Positions 49,359 through 60,652 of a DNA stretch of 64,000 bases are shown here, in pieces (position 1 is the first letter of the stretch; each line of letters opens with the position of its first letter). The position numbers and the translations under genes were made by a program. Source of the DNA: Dehalococcoidia bacterium (GTDB taxonomy: Bacteria; Chloroflexota; Dehalococcoidia; SZUA-161; SpSt-899); the NCBI GenBank assembly GCA_048539495.1, contig JBLYPS010000001.1:82038-146037 (forward strand), read 5' to 3'. Under the pieces are notes generated by a model. That model had not been told where the DNA came from. It ran no database searches and was given only the letters and a program-made list of their open reading frames with translations.

Positions 49359-50366
49359 TTGATGAAGGTTTGCGAACTGGGCGAATTCGGCCTTATTGAG
49401 ATTCTGGCTCAAATCGCTGATGAAGCAGGGGCGGGCTGCCGATCCAGACCCGACCTGATCATCGGCATCGGGGATGATGCTGCCGCCTGGGAGGGCGAGC
49501 CTTCCGTTCAGCTTGGCACTACCGATATTCTGGTCCAGGATGTACACTTCACCCTGGAGACAACCACCTGGCGTGATCTGGGCTGGAAGGCTCTGGCGGT
49601 GAATATTAGCGACATCGCTGCCATGGGGGGATTGCCGGCCTACGCCATGATCTCGCTGGGCCTGCCCTCTGATACTGAGGTGGAAGGTATCACCCAACTC
49701 TACACCGGAATGGCAGAAATAGCACGCCAATTCGATGTGGCCATCGTGGGCGGCGACATCTCCGAAGCGCCATTGCTCATTATCAGCCCCAGTGTTATCG
49801 GCCGGGTAGAGAAGGACAAAATGTTGATCCGCTCGGGAGCGGTGCCGGGCGACCAGATAGCAGTTACCGGTTATCTGGGATCGTCGGCGGGCGGACTGAG
49901 AGTGATGAAACAGAAGCCTGAATTGGATCCCATCATAGCTTCGGCTCTAAGCGAAGCGCATCTGCGGCCCTGGCCCAGGGTGGCTGAGGGGCAGCTACTG
50001 GGCGAAAACGGGGTGAAGGCGGCAATAGACATCAGCGATGGCCTGATTGCCGATCTCACTCATATTTGTCGGGCAAGCGGGGTCGAGGCCAGAGTCCGCT
50101 TGCCGGATATCCCGATACACCCGGCGGTCAAGGCCGCCTTCGGCGAGGATGCGATTACCCTGGCCCTTTCGGGAGGAGAGGACTACGAGCTGCTGTTCAC
50201 TGCTCCAGGTGGGGTAATGGAAAAGGTGAAACAAAGCCTTTCAATCCCGGTGACGGTCATTGGGGAGATCACCGGTGGCAAACCGGGGAAGGTGACCCTT
50301 CTTGATGAAACCGGTCGGGAGGTCGAATGGAAGAAGAGGGGATGGGAACACTTTGGGAATTATTAG
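49359..50366 (+). CDS. thiL: thiamine-monophosphate kinase (AIR-synthase-related fold)
   Basis: EFGLIEIL, GIGDDAAAW, DILVQDVHF and LGWKALAVNISDIAAMGGLP follow the ThiL pattern. It lacks the SelD N-terminal Cys/Sec motif. Confidence 0.75.
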   Translation: MMKVCELGEFGLIEILAQIADEAGAGCRSRPDLIIGIGDDAAAWEGEPSVQLGTTDILVQDVHFTLETTTWRDLGWKALAVNISDIAAMGGLPAYAMISLGLPSDTEVEGITQLYTGMAEIARQFDVAIVGGDISEAPLLIISPSVIGRVEKDKMLIRSGAVPGDQIAVTGYLGSSAGGLRVMKQKPELDPIIASALSEAHLRPWPRVAEGQLLGENGVKAAIDISDGLIADLTHICRASGVEARVRLPDIPIHPAVKAAFGEDAITLALSGGEDYELLFTAPGGVMEKVKQSLSIPVTVIGEITGGKPGKVTLLDETGREVEWKKRGWEHFGNY

Positions 50367-50638
50367 ATGTCTTCTATGATTCCTCCGACATATCTTAGCG
50401 TCCTCCGCAAGACATATACCCGGCTGGATGATGGTGGCGTGAGTTGGGTGGTTACGGGCAGGCTTGGTTTTGCATTACAGGGTGTGCCTTGGGATGATGC
50501 GGTGGAGACGATCTCGAGGATGCAATCCGCATGTGGATATGCGCTTCTCTTGTATGGATAGTAACGACTTCGCTGCTATCCGCAGGTTGAATTTCTGGAA
50601 GCAGAATAATAGAGTGGTACACTGGGGATGAGGTCATA

Positions 50639-51640
50639 ATGCGAGTGATAGCCAAACTGGAAGTCCCGATAACTGGGCCTCAGATCCGCCGCTTGCAGGC
50701 GTTAGGGGCAAGCTTGATCTTTTGTTCTGCGCATGCAGGGATCATTGGGCTTGATATGGAAGATAGTTCATCGCTGAAGCGGTTGGATTTTATTCTCGAA
50801 TGGCGACCGAGCCAGAAAGGACAGGTGCTTCTCCACCCAGCGTTGCAAGCTGTCGGCGTTTCGGCGTTATATGAACAGGGTCTGAGCGGAGATGGTATCT
50901 GGATTTCGGTGATAGACAGTGGTATTATCACCAGCGACCCTAGCTTGGGGCGTGCAGTGGTTGCACAGATGGATTTCACAGGCGAAGGGGTTTACGACTA
51001 CGCCTTGCATGGAACGCTTGTAGCGAAGATCATGAACAGCATTGTGGCTAACGCTTCCTTACTGAACGCGAAGGCCGTAGATCGATATGGCGATGTGGAT
51101 GAGATAGCGGTATTTCAGGCGCTTGAGTGGTCTCTGGACAACGATGCAGACATCGCTAATCTTTCGCTGGGTTTTCAGCGGGAGTGTCATGGGAATTGCT
51201 GGCTCTGCCAGTTTGTAAACATGTTAGTAGAACGGGGGATGAGCGTTGTTGCTGCCGGCGGGAATTGGGGACCCTCTGACGGTACAATCTCTTGCCCAGG
51301 GAGCGCTGTCCAAGCCGTGACGGTTGGGGCAACGGAAGCTGGAGCGGTCGCTCCCTACAGCAGCCGTGGGCGACCTCAGCAGGTGAAACCTGATCTTGTC
51401 GCCCCAGGAACTCTAGAGATTGGGAGATTCCGTTTCACCGGAACTTCTATTTCGACGCCGATAGTCGGTGGAATCCTGGCATCCCTTTTTGGGGAGTACG
51501 ACCGGAAAAAGGTTTTGGGTTGCTTGAGCAAGGGTTGTGTTGACTTAGGTTCTGCCCGCAATCAGCAGGGGTATGGTCAGATAGATGCTGACAAAATTTT
51601 GGAGGTGCTTCAACGTGGCAAGAATACTGGTCAAGACTAA
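50639..51640 (+). CDS. subtilisin-like serine peptidase (S8 family), no obvious signal peptide
   Basis: Catalytic triad motifs VIDSGI (Asp), HGTLVAKI (His) and GTSISTPIVGG (Ser). The N-terminal 90 aa look propeptide-like. Confidence 0.75.
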   Translation: MRVIAKLEVPITGPQIRRLQALGASLIFCSAHAGIIGLDMEDSSSLKRLDFILEWRPSQKGQVLLHPALQAVGVSALYEQGLSGDGIWISVIDSGIITSDPSLGRAVVAQMDFTGEGVYDYALHGTLVAKIMNSIVANASLLNAKAVDRYGDVDEIAVFQALEWSLDNDADIANLSLGFQRECHGNCWLCQFVNMLVERGMSVVAAGGNWGPSDGTISCPGSAVQAVTVGATEAGAVAPYSSRGRPQQVKPDLVAPGTLEIGRFRFTGTSISTPIVGGILASLFGEYDRKKVLGCLSKGCVDLGSARNQQGYGQIDADKILEVLQRGKNTGQD

Positions 51641-51812
51641 AGACCCGAAGGAGGTCGAAGAACTGCGGCAGCATGGCAAAATCGTTTTCCTCTCCTCGTT
51701 GGTGGATATTATCGGTGTGGAGACGACAGAGGCAGAAGTAGAAAAAATCAAAGAGCTTGTCGGTGAACAACGGGTGAGACATAGCGCCCGAGGAACGATA
51801 CAAAAAGTTTGA
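51585..51812 (+). CDS. hypothetical small protein, possibly peptidase-inhibitor-I9/propeptide-like
   Basis: ...RILVKTKDPKEVEELRQHGKIVFLSSLVDIIGVETTEAEVEKIKEL..V resembles the I9 pattern. Overlaps the S8 gene 3' end. Start uncertain (GTG near 51615 possible). Confidence 0.3.
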   Translation: MLTKFWRCFNVARILVKTKDPKEVEELRQHGKIVFLSSLVDIIGVETTEAEVEKIKELVGEQRVRHSARGTIQKV

Positions 51813-51982
51813 TGAATGACAGTGGTATGGCTCGGCGCGGCGCCTAACACAGGGTTTGCGGCTTCGCCCAACTTGTTACGCAAGTTCGCAAACCCGCAAA
51901 TATCAGAGTGTGTGAAAAGCCCCAGGCGGAATCTCTCTGGCAGCTACTGTAGACAGTTGCGAGCATCGAAGGCTGAAAAGCT

Positions 51983-54900
51983 ATGACTAAGAAAGAGATA
52001 GATGTCATCAGAAGAACCGTTTCCATCCTGGATTCGGTGGATTACCACCGCTACTCGGAAGGGAAGGTCGAGACCTATCTGGAATATGCTGCGGGAGACT
52101 GGACTGACGAGAGGAAACTGATTGCTCCGATTCTCTTCCCTAAGTTCCTGGAGCAAATCCTCAGGTTTAGGCTGGGGGAAACCATTGGAACCCAGGAGGC
52201 AAGTGCTGATGGGCGGGATATACCGGACTATATCCCTATTGATACCCGCACCCATCCGTTTGTATTTGACTGCAAAGGGATGGACACCTTTGACCTCTCT
52301 AAGTGGTATAGCCAGATAAAACGATACATAGAGGCACAAGACCTGACATACGGGATCCTGGTTAATATGCGGGACCTCGATGTATACACCGTTGAATCCG
52401 AGGAGGATCTGGAATCCTTCAACTTCGTAGAGCTTTACAAGGATTTTAAGGAAAATCCGGCAAGCATCCTTGTGAAGGAGAATACAAAGCGATTCCTCCG
52501 ATTTGTGGAACATTTCAGCTACACCCCACTGATGATGGAGGGGAAATTCAAGAAGGTTGTAGTAGCAAAACCCTGGACCGGGGCAGAGACCCTCAACATT
52601 GACCTGCTAACCAGGCATCTGCACTATATTGTCGAGTGTATTTATGAAGATGCTGGGCGAAGGAGGGAAGAACTCTCCTCATTAGCAGAAGTGGACCCAG
52701 AAAGAGCAAAAGCCATTGCCCAGGAGATAGAGATAATTGCCTCAGAAATTGAGCGGGGAAGGAAAATAGAAGAGGCATCTCTGGAAGCCTTTGGGGAGAT
52801 TCTGAATGCCTCTCCCCAGAGCCTTTGGGGAAGAGCTTTGAATATCTTCTTCTATCGGGTGGGATATTTCACCATGACCAGGCTCCTTTTAGCCCGAACC
52901 TGGGAGGACATCGGCTTTATTGACCAGAGCCTATACGATGGAGGGCTTGCCACACTGTATGAGAATTTCAACCGACAAATTGGCAGGGTTTTGAAATATG
53001 CCTTTGGCCTCGCCGCGGAACGTTATAAATGGCTTTTTAATGTGGACAATAACTACACCTGGTATGAGCCTTCAGATGAAACCCTTATAGAAGTGCTTTA
53101 CGAACTCTCAAATTTTTATCTGGGAAAGCTTGACCGTGATGTCCTGGGCACGATCTATGAAGAGTACATTGACAAAGTGGATAAGAAGCAAAAAGGGCAG
53201 TATTATACCCCAAGAGAGATAGTTGAGTTTATCTGGGATAGAGTAGGATTCGTTAAGGATGAAGACTTCTTCTATTACAAAGAAGGTAAACGTCAGCCGA
53301 GGCCCATCTTTGACCCGGTGACGGGTTCCGGCGGTTTTCTCGTGGAAGCTGCCAGACGCATCAGAGGGGACACTAAGCTAAACTACGCTGATTTCAATGA
53401 CCTTCTGGACATCAGAACCGCCATGCTCACCGGAATCTTTGGCAGCGAAATCTCCCCGTTTCCTTACTATATTACCGAGGTGAATCTTTTGATCCAGCTT
53501 ACCCCGGTTATCAAAGGGATGATGGATATGCAGAGGAACTTCAGGGGGAAAGGAACCCCAGCCCTGGGGGTCGTCCCCAGCGATGCCCTTTCCCTCTACA
53601 ACCCGGCGCAGCTTACCCTGGAGAGAGAAGAGTATGATTTCGACCAGACAAGAGATCTCTTACCCCTGGAAAGCCAGAAAAAGGTGGTTTTTCACAAGAT
53701 AAAGAGGAGCCTTGATGGGAAATTCTCCTACTGTTGTGCCAATCCTCCTTACGTTGGAGAAAAGGGAAACAAAGAACTCTTCAGGGCAACTCTGGAGCGA
53801 TTCTCCTATTGGCGAGAATTCTATCAGGGGAAGATGGATTATCTTTACTTTTTCATCATCCTGGGGCTTTCGAAACTTGAGGAGGGCGGCAAGCTTGGAT
53901 TCATAACCACCGCCTACTGGCCTACGGCAGACGGCGCATCTGTATTGCGCAAATACATCCTGAAAAACGCCAGGATAAAGGAGATGATATTCTTCGAGGA
54001 TGTGAAGATATTTGAATATGCCCGGGGTCAGCATAATATGGTCTTTATTCTGGAGAAATGTTCTAGCGAACAGGAACGGGCGGAGAACAGGATAAAGATA
54101 GTTCAGGTTTTAGCCAAACACCCGGAAATTCCAGGGAATACAATTAGAGAAAAACTAAAGTTCTTGACTGAGCATATCCAAAAGCGTGCTAACGAGATAG
54201 AATGGGGGGATGAATATATCAGGGTGTTCTGGAGTGGGGTGAAGCAAGGGGAGTTGACTGGAAAGACATGGAATTTGCTGCGAGGTGGTGAAGCCGATAG
54301 AATCCTGGAGAAGATACAGCAAACAGGAGTTCCCCTCAGTGACGTCTGCAACATAAACCAGGGGCTTGTCTCTGGTGCTCCCAAGGTTAGCGAAAGCAAC
54401 ATCAGGCTTCTGCCCCAGGATGTTATCTTACACTACAACATCAAGGTTGGGGATGGCATCTTTGTTCTCTCTCGAGAAGAGCTGGAATCCTTGCGGCTCA
54501 GCGAGAATGAGATGGCTCTGATAAAACCATATCATAAGAGCACTGACATTCATAAATACTATACGGAGGAATATCACCAATTTGTCATTTACATCACTAA
54601 GGATACCAATATTGATAAGTGCCCTAGAATCAAGGCACATCTGGAGAAGTTCCGACCAATCTTGGAAAACAAAAGAGAATTTAAGGAGGGAAAGCTTCCT
54701 TGGTTCAGCCTCCATTGGGCCAGAGACCAAAAAATCTTTGAGGGGGAGAAGATAGTTACCCCCAACTTTGCACGCCAGAACAGCTTTGTTTATACATGCA
54801 AGTCATTTTATACAGAGTTTGACAGCTACTTTATAACTAGCAAAGATACTACCCTAGAATTCTTGAAATACATAACTGCAATTCTGAATTCGAAGGTAGC

Positions 54901-55591
54901 CGATTTCTGGTGCTCCTATAATACGAAGAGGAAGGGGGAGAAGGGGTTAGTTAGAGAATACAATACTGGTTCTATGTCTCAAATCCCCATCCGCCGCATA
55001 AACCTTGACCACCCGGAAGAGGTCAAAATTCACGACCACCTGGTAGAGTTAGTTAGCAATATTATCGAGATGAAGAAGAGTCTCGCCAGCTATAATCGCC
55101 TTTTCCCCAAGGCACGCTTAACTCGCCTTCAGGATAGCGACCCCCTGCCAGAAATAAGTGACGAGGAGATAGTCAAAGCTTTTGACTCTTCAAGTCTCCG
55201 TATTATTCGCACCCATCCACAGGTTAAATACCAACCAGAGAATCCTCAGCATTTCTTTATGAAAAGCATAAAAGAAGCCGAAGATGGTCAAAGCCTCACC
55301 ATCACCTCCAAGGATAAGCAAAAGATAACCTTAACCGCCCGTGAAGCTCTATTGGCATATCTCCAAAGAATATTGCCGAACTATATAGGTAGAGAATGGG
55401 GGCAAATAATCAACCAAGTCCTTATTCCTACACAGCCAGATTTATTTGATAAGCGGCGAGAGGAAATCCTGTCTGAAGCAACCAACCTTCGCCAAAAAAT
55501 TAAAGCCCTTCAGCAGGAAATTGACACCATCGTCTTCAACCTCTATGAATTGAACGAAGAGGAGCAGAAGGTTATTATGGGAGTGGTGTAA
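51983..55591 (+). CDS. Type IIG/IIL-like restriction-modification fusion enzyme: N-terminal PD-(D/E)XK nuclease, gamma-class N6-adenine MTase, C-terminal target-recognition region
   Basis: [19 protein letters not shown] (PD...DxK), [13 protein letters not shown] (motif X), [14 protein letters not shown] (motif I), [11 protein letters not shown] (motif IV NPPY) and a C-terminal TaqI_C-like [21 protein letters not shown]. 1202 aa. Confidence 0.7.
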   Translation: MTKKEIDVIRRTVSILDSVDYHRYSEGKVETYLEYAAGDWTDERKLIAPILFPKFLEQILRFRLGETIGTQEASADGRDIPDYIPIDTRTHPFVFDCKGMDTFDLSKWYSQIKRYIEAQDLTYGILVNMRDLDVYTVESEEDLESFNFVELYKDFKENPASILVKENTKRFLRFVEHFSYTPLMMEGKFKKVVVAKPWTGAETLNIDLLTRHLHYIVECIYEDAGRRREELSSLAEVDPERAKAIAQEIEIIASEIERGRKIEEASLEAFGEILNASPQSLWGRALNIFFYRVGYFTMTRLLLARTWEDIGFIDQSLYDGGLATLYENFNRQIGRVLKYAFGLAAERYKWLFNVDNNYTWYEPSDETLIEVLYELSNFYLGKLDRDVLGTIYEEYIDKVDKKQKGQYYTPREIVEFIWDRVGFVKDEDFFYYKEGKRQPRPIFDPVTGSGGFLVEAARRIRGDTKLNYADFNDLLDIRTAMLTGIFGSEISPFPYYITEVNLLIQLTPVIKGMMDMQRNFRGKGTPALGVVPSDALSLYNPAQLTLEREEYDFDQTRDLLPLESQKKVVFHKIKRSLDGKFSYCCANPPYVGEKGNKELFRATLERFSYWREFYQGKMDYLYFFIILGLSKLEEGGKLGFITTAYWPTADGASVLRKYILKNARIKEMIFFEDVKIFEYARGQHNMVFILEKCSSEQERAENRIKIVQVLAKHPEIPGNTIREKLKFLTEHIQKRANEIEWGDEYIRVFWSGVKQGELTGKTWNLLRGGEADRILEKIQQTGVPLSDVCNINQGLVSGAPKVSESNIRLLPQDVILHYNIKVGDGIFVLSREELESLRLSENEMALIKPYHKSTDIHKYYTEEYHQFVIYITKDTNIDKCPRIKAHLEKFRPILENKREFKEGKLPWFSLHWARDQKIFEGEKIVTPNFARQNSFVYTCKSFYTEFDSYFITSKDTTLEFLKYITAILNSKVADFWCSYNTKRKGEKGLVREYNTGSMSQIPIRRINLDHPEEVKIHDHLVELVSNIIEMKKSLASYNRLFPKARLTRLQDSDPLPEISDEEIVKAFDSSSLRIIRTHPQVKYQPENPQHFFMKSIKEAEDGQSLTITSKDKQKITLTAREALLAYLQRILPNYIGREWGQIINQVLIPTQPDLFDKRREEILSEATNLRQKIKALQQEIDTIVFNLYELNEEEQKVIMGVV

Positions 55592-55592
55592 A

Positions 55593-55901
55593 ATGGATTT
55601 AGTTTACTGGTTACAAGTTATCGTCCCGTTATTCGCATTATTCTTTGTTGTCCTTAGCTTTTATTGGATGCATTGGAGGAAAGGTCATTTAGTAGTCAGT
55701 TCCCCTCGCTCACTTATGGTAGCTAAAACACAAGACAGATTGATTGTTGAATTACCGTTAAGCTTCAATAATACAGGTGCTGCCCCCATCATTATTGATA
55801 ATCTATTACTAAGGTTGCAGCAACAAAATGCTAAAGCGCTACTTTTCTTTAATGCCACACGCAGTAAGCTAGGGGATGAAAAACAAGAGTGGGCAACATA
55901 G
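55593..55901 (+). CDS. hypothetical small membrane protein
   Basis: N-terminal TM helix [17 protein letters not shown]. Start 2 bp after the R-M gene stop. AT-rich. Confidence 0.35.
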   Translation: MDLVYWLQVIVPLFALFFVVLSFYWMHWRKGHLVVSSPRSLMVAKTQDRLIVELPLSFNNTGAAPIIIDNLLLRLQQQNAKALLFFNATRSKLGDEKQEWAT

Positions 55902-55928
55902 ATTGCAATAGACGGACGGAAATCGGTC

Positions 55929-56147
55929 ATGAATATTTATAGTTTTCAAGCTAAAGGCAAAGAGTTTGGCTTCGATATAGGAACGTGGGACTGCTGCTTG
56001 CTGGGCAAGCTTGACGGTAAAACGAAATATAAAGAACTTTTGAAATTCAAACTGAATGTTAGTTATTTGACTGAATGCCTAACAGTATATGACAACTACG
56101 ATGATGAGTATAAAAACATGATTGCGAAGGATTTAAGTGAAAAATAA
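55929..56147 (+). CDS. hypothetical small protein (72 aa)
   Basis: ORF only. AT-rich island context. Confidence 0.3.
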   Translation: MNIYSFQAKGKEFGFDIGTWDCCLLGKLDGKTKYKELLKFKLNVSYLTECLTVYDNYDDEYKNMIAKDLSEK

Positions 56148-56222
56148 AATCGGCATTACTACCACAGTTCCTATAGAAATACTAATCACTGTTGGTTATA
56201 AGCCGATTGAATAGCAGGTAAT

Positions 56223-56531
56223 ATGGGAAACAACGCTACAAGCGAACTAAAGAAGCGAGTGATGGCAGATGATGCGCTGTACCAGCGGTATGGCAAAAAG
56301 CTGGAGCAAGAGCACAAGGGGGAGTTTGTGGCTATTAGCCGAGACGGGGCAGTTATCATTTCAAAAAGCGATATAGAGGTACTGCAAAAGGCGCTGGAGG
56401 AGTTTGAAGCCCAAAAGCAGAGGGTCTTAGAGGTAGTCTTAACCCTTAGATGGGAAATCCAGGAACTTCAGAACTCGATTGACAGGATAGTCTTTGAACT
56501 CTACGGCGTGTCCGAAAATGAACTCGGATAA
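56223..56531 (+). CDS. hypothetical small protein with a TaqI_C-like C-terminal helix (IDRIVFELYGVSENELG)
   Basis: The C-terminal 20 aa are paralogous to the C-terminus of the 1202-aa R-M enzyme. The central region GEFVAISRDGAVIISKSDIEVLQKA is DUF5678-like. Confidence 0.4.
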   Translation: MGNNATSELKKRVMADDALYQRYGKKLEQEHKGEFVAISRDGAVIISKSDIEVLQKALEEFEAQKQRVLEVVLTLRWEIQELQNSIDRIVFELYGVSENELG

Positions 56532-57025
56532 TGCGTGACAATTTAACCATAACCACCTGCAGCCCGGAGGAAACGCAGCGGATCGGGGCCGATATCGGCA
56601 AGAGGGCCCGAGCGGGCGACTTGATTCTCCTGGTGGGGAGCTTGGGAACCGGGAAAACCTGCCTCACCCAGGGCATTGCCCGGGGATTGGGACTGCCCGA
56701 TTATACCCCAAGCCCCTCGTTCGTGCTGGTGAGAGAATATCAAGTAGGGGTACCTTGCAACGTGCCCCTACTATACCACATCGATTTCTACCGGCTCGAT
56801 GATATCCGGGAAATCGCTGAGCTCGGAATGAGTGACTACCTCGATGGTGAGGGAATCTGCGTGGTGGAATGGGCTGACAGGGCTCTGGATTCGCTCCCGG
56901 AAGAACACCTGCTTATCAAGTTCGAGCATCTGGCGGTAAATGAGCGTCGATTACGGTTCGAACCCAGGGGGCAGAGATACGTCGGTCTCGTGGAGGAACT
57001 GAAAGAAAAATGGAACTTGCGATAG
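56531..57025 (+). CDS. tsaE: tRNA t6A37 biosynthesis protein TsaE (YjeE ATPase)
   Basis: LVGSLGTGKT P-loop plus YHIDFYRL. Confidence 0.9.
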   Translation: MRDNLTITTCSPEETQRIGADIGKRARAGDLILLVGSLGTGKTCLTQGIARGLGLPDYTPSPSFVLVREYQVGVPCNVPLLYHIDFYRLDDIREIAELGMSDYLDGEGICVVEWADRALDSLPEEHLLIKFEHLAVNERRLRFEPRGQRYVGLVEELKEKWNLR

Positions 57026-57702
57026 ACACCTCAACCAGGGTTGCCAGCCTGGCGCTATCGAATAGAGGCGCTCTCATCGCAGAAATCACCTGGTATGCAG
57101 GACAGAATCATACTGTGGAGCTTATTCCCAACGTGATTTCCCTCCTCGAACAGCGCAAGGCGCATATCCACGATATCGAGAGCATCATAGTGGCCAGGGG
57201 GCCGGGCAGCTTTAACGGGCTGCGAGTGGGAATAGCCACCGCCAAGGGGTTGGCATTCGCTCTGGGCATTCACCTGGTCGGGATAAGCACATTGGAGGTG
57301 TTGGCCTTCCCGTACGCTGACGTGGGCTTTCCTGTTTGCCCCATCCTGAATGGTGGACGAGGCGAGATCGCCACCGCACTGTTTCGAAAACGGAAAGGGC
57401 ATTGGGAAAGGCTCACTGTGGAGCACACCACCACCATTAGTGATCTCTGCTCCCAGATTGGGCAGCGAACCATATTCTGCGGCGAGATCAGCAATGAGCA
57501 GCGGATGCAGCTTGAGCAGCAACTGGGGAAGAAGGCATTGATTGTAAAGGGATCAGCCACGCTCCGGAGGGCGGGCTGCCTTGCCGAACTTGGCTGGCAC
57601 AGGATGGAATCGGGTGACTTCGACGATCCCTTCACCCTCCAACCATTGTACTTGAAGAGTCCAGCGATCACCGTTCCCAAAAAGCCACTGAGAAGTGGGT
57701 AA
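57010..57702 (+). CDS. tsaB: tRNA t6A37 biosynthesis protein TsaB (YeaZ)
   Basis: MELAIDTSTRVASLAL...ARGPGSFNGLRVGIATAKG. Confidence 0.9.
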   Translation: MELAIDTSTRVASLALSNRGALIAEITWYAGQNHTVELIPNVISLLEQRKAHIHDIESIIVARGPGSFNGLRVGIATAKGLAFALGIHLVGISTLEVLAFPYADVGFPVCPILNGGRGEIATALFRKRKGHWERLTVEHTTTISDLCSQIGQRTIFCGEISNEQRMQLEQQLGKKALIVKGSATLRRAGCLAELGWHRMESGDFDDPFTLQPLYLKSPAITVPKKPLRSG

Positions 57703-58137
57703 TGGGTAATAGGTAATAGGTAATGGGGAGACTACTATATGCTACACGCTAGTTACTACATCACAAATACCACCAAATCGTTGACACTTTTGGAGACATT
57801 AAGAAGTCTCACCAAGCGTTGACACATGGACATTCGTCCCATGGGGTGCTTTAATTATACATTATCTCAGCCAGCGTTGACACCCTAGACATCTATGGGT
57901 AGAGGGTATGGGAAAGTCTCTACCAAGTGATTGCCATGTCTAATTTGGAGTATATGTGCGTCGGTGCAGATTGTTGCCTTGACATATTCATAAACAAGAT
58001 CCTTAGAAACAGTAAACTTCTCTCCAAAGATGTTTAATTCTGGATCGCTGCGGATGAACCTGAAGAAATGGACATAACCGTCTTCAATGGGTATTTTATC
58101 CCTGGACAACTGGAATGTGTTTGGCAAGATAAAAGTG

Positions 58138-58552
58138 CAGAGAATGGCGGCCAATTTGTGCGGAAGAAGCGTACGCTGGTTCCCTGCATACAGGCCTTAA
58201 CCCCCAGGGCGGTGGCCAGGTGGGTTTTCCCCGTACCCACTGCACCCAGCATCAGCACATTCTCCCGTTTCTCCAGGAAGACCAGGTCTGTCAGCGCGGT
58301 GATGCTGATCGATTCCGGGAGAGTGACCGTTTCGAAGTCAAAAGCTTCCAGAGTCTTAAGGTTGGTAAAGGCGGCCTGCTTCAGGAGCTTTTTGATGCGG
58401 TTGTGCCGGCGCATTTCAAGTTCGGCATCCAGCACCGCGGTCAGGTACTGCTCCCGGTGCTGAAAGTCGATCCGGTCATAAACCCGGAGCACACCCCCCA
58501 GCTTCAGTTTTTTGCAGTGGGCTTTAAGCAGATCCGATGCCACCGGGGCCAC
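58138..58552 (-). pseudogene. istB: IS21 helper ATPase IstB, N-terminal about 140 aa only
   Basis: ...LMLGAVGTGKTHLATALGVKACMQGTSVRFF, then loss of the Walker-B/C-terminal region. The read-through frame continues into flanking DNA. Confidence 0.65.
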
Positions 58553-60043
58553 CTCCGTTCCTGATCAATTGGTCGTAAACTCTCATGTCAGGTGCATAGT
58601 TAAGGATGCAGGCCGGAGTATAGTCATCCGATATTGTTTCTGGTATATACCGGTGGGTTTGACGGTACAGCAGATGGCGAATACCTCCGGCGTCATATTC
58701 GATGCCGTCTTTGGTGGCGGCAGCCACGGCGGTGGCGATTTGCTCAATTGTGTACTCCGACTGCAGTAGTTCGCTGACCAGTTCGATACGTTGCCGCCGT
58801 GCCGCCCCCTCCCGGTTGAGGAAAAATTCCTTCACGGCCGGGGGCAGGTGCTGAATGTAGGACGAGTACTCCAGGGCCCTTGGTTTGCGACGGTAAATAT
58901 CCAGGTGGGACACCCAGTCAATGGGGGTCTCTTTGGCACTGTAAGGGCGTCTGAGAGTGCCGAGAGGCTGCAATTCCCGATTCAGGATTTCGACCCGGTC
59001 CCAGTAGACCTTGAGGAGCACCCGTTCACCTGGCCTAGCCCGGGGGACATCATATGGACGGTCCTCAAACCGAACCCGGGTGTATTTGTCTACGGTGGCG
59101 GTAATCAGTCGAACGACCTCGAAGGGCACCCCAGGCAGGGTTAAGAACTTCGCCCGTTCCTCGGCCCACAATTCAGCAATTCCCCGGTCTTTCTCGTAGT
59201 GGGTGCGGTGCATGTCCGTTTCCGCTCTTTGGAGCAGTTCGGTGTTGAGTTGCTCCCAATCTTCGAACCGGGGCGGGGGAACAAACCAGTTACGCCGAAT
59301 GAAGCCAACTTTGTTTTCAACGTGTCCTTTTTCATTGCCGCAACCGACGTTGCAAAATGTTGCCTCAAAACGATAGTGTAGACAGAATCGCTCAAATATC
59401 TCGGTTAGTTTTCGATCACCTCCCGTAAAAACTTTGGTCACGGCCACCGATAGGTTATCCAACCAGATTTTTTTCGGGACCGCGCCAATATACTCAAAGA
59501 GACACTTCAGAGCTTCCAAGAAGCACTCTGCGTTTTCCGCCGGAACGGCATAGGGAAATCCGGCGTTGCTAAAAGGGAAGGAGAGTACCAGACATTTGAT
59601 CTCCTTGAGTTGTCCGTTCTCGACTACTTTAACGGTTTTAAAGTCAGCCTGGGCTTCCCCGCCGGGGTGCTCCAGTTTGGCATAGCGCTCTTGCTCTTGA
59701 ACCCAGAGTTCGTGTTTACGCCGGGCTACGTATTCACGCACGGTGCGTTCGCCCCCCGAAAACTCGTGCTCGCTTACCAGGCGATCATAGATCCGCCTGG
59801 CAGTATGTCGCTGCTTCTTTGGCGACAGGGAGTCCTCCAAGAGCCAGGTATCAACGATTTCTTCAAATGGACCAATTATCGGTCGTTTCTTGCATCGTTG
59901 TTGTTTCAAGGGGGCGCTCCAGTCTTGCCGGTCGGCGTACTTCTTAGCTGTGCGCCAGCGTCAACGATTTCAGCGATTTCGGCAATGCCCTTGTCTTTCT
60001 TATCCCGCAGATGTTTGATATACTGGATCTGAGCCATTGTCAG
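58524..60043 (-). pseudogene. istA: IS21 transposase IstA, N-terminal HTH separated by a frameshift
   Basis: Frame A gives MLTMAQIQYIKHLRDKKDKGIAEIAEIVDAGAQ...stop. Frame B gives ..KKYADRQDWSAPLKQQRCKKRPIIGPFEEIVDTWLLED plus the DDE core (track ORF 58524..59909). Confidence 0.7.
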
Positions 60044-60198
60044 CATTCCTTTCCTACCTCCTGTTATGTGTTCATAACAGAAGGATAGTATGTTTTTGGG
60101 GTGGCTGGCAAGGCTCCATTCTTACCTCAGGCACTATGTATTTTTAGACTGCCGAAGTGTGTATTTTTATTTTGCCAAACACATCACTACATGCTAAA

Positions 60199-60510
60199 CA
60201 AGGAGGTATGATGCAGTGTCCAGTATGCAGTCGGGAAGTTAACGACGAAACTGAGATGATGGCCTGTCTTACCGGTCACCTCCGCGAGGAGGCAACGAGG
60301 CAAGCCAGGGAGATGCAGAGAATCTATCTGATGATGATGGCAAGCCAGTTGACCATCGCTTGCGTGACCACCCGAAGCACCCCGCAAGATGTGGTAGGTA
60401 CCTTTGGGGAGGTTTACGGACTCCTGGAAAACCTCGTCGGCAAGAGCGATGTGACCGCTGAAATCGAGGAGTGGCTGAAGAAGCACGGCCCCGACTCAGG
60501 CGAGTCCTAG
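60199..60510 (+). CDS. hypothetical protein with N-terminal zinc-ribbon-like CxxC
   Basis: MMQCPVCSREVNDETEMMACLTGHL... RBS aaggaggt lies before the ATG. Sits immediately outside the IS21 right IR. Confidence 0.4.
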   Translation, partial: QGGMMQCPVCSREVNDETEMMACLTGHLREEATRQAREMQRIYLMMMASQLTIACVTTRSTPQDVVGTFGEVYGLLENLVGKSDVTAEIEEWLKKHGPDSGES

Positions 60511-60572
60511 AAGTGGGAGAGATTTCCTGATCTCGATCTCCCCTGGGAAAGGACTCCCACTCAACTAAGGAG

Positions 60573-60652
60573 TGATTAGTAATTAGTGATTGGTGGTACG
60601 CGGCTGGGGTTTTGGAGCAACCACCAATTACCAATCACCAATCACTTTATAA
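60573..60652. repeat. heptamer-armed element: (GTGATTA/GTAATTA/GTGATTG), core gtggtacgcggctggggttttggagcaaccac, then (CAATTAC/CAATCAC x2)
   Basis: Read directly. Intergenic between the hypothetical gene and pncA-pncB. Confidence 0.75.

Larger units (their letters stand above)
58117..60184 (-). mobile_element. decayed IS21-family insertion sequence (istA frameshifted, istB truncated), with about 20-bp terminal inverted repeats
   Basis: Left end tgtgtttggcaagataaaag (58117..58136) is the inverted complement of the right end tttttattttgccaaacacat (60164..60184). Typical TGT termini. Confidence 0.75.
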
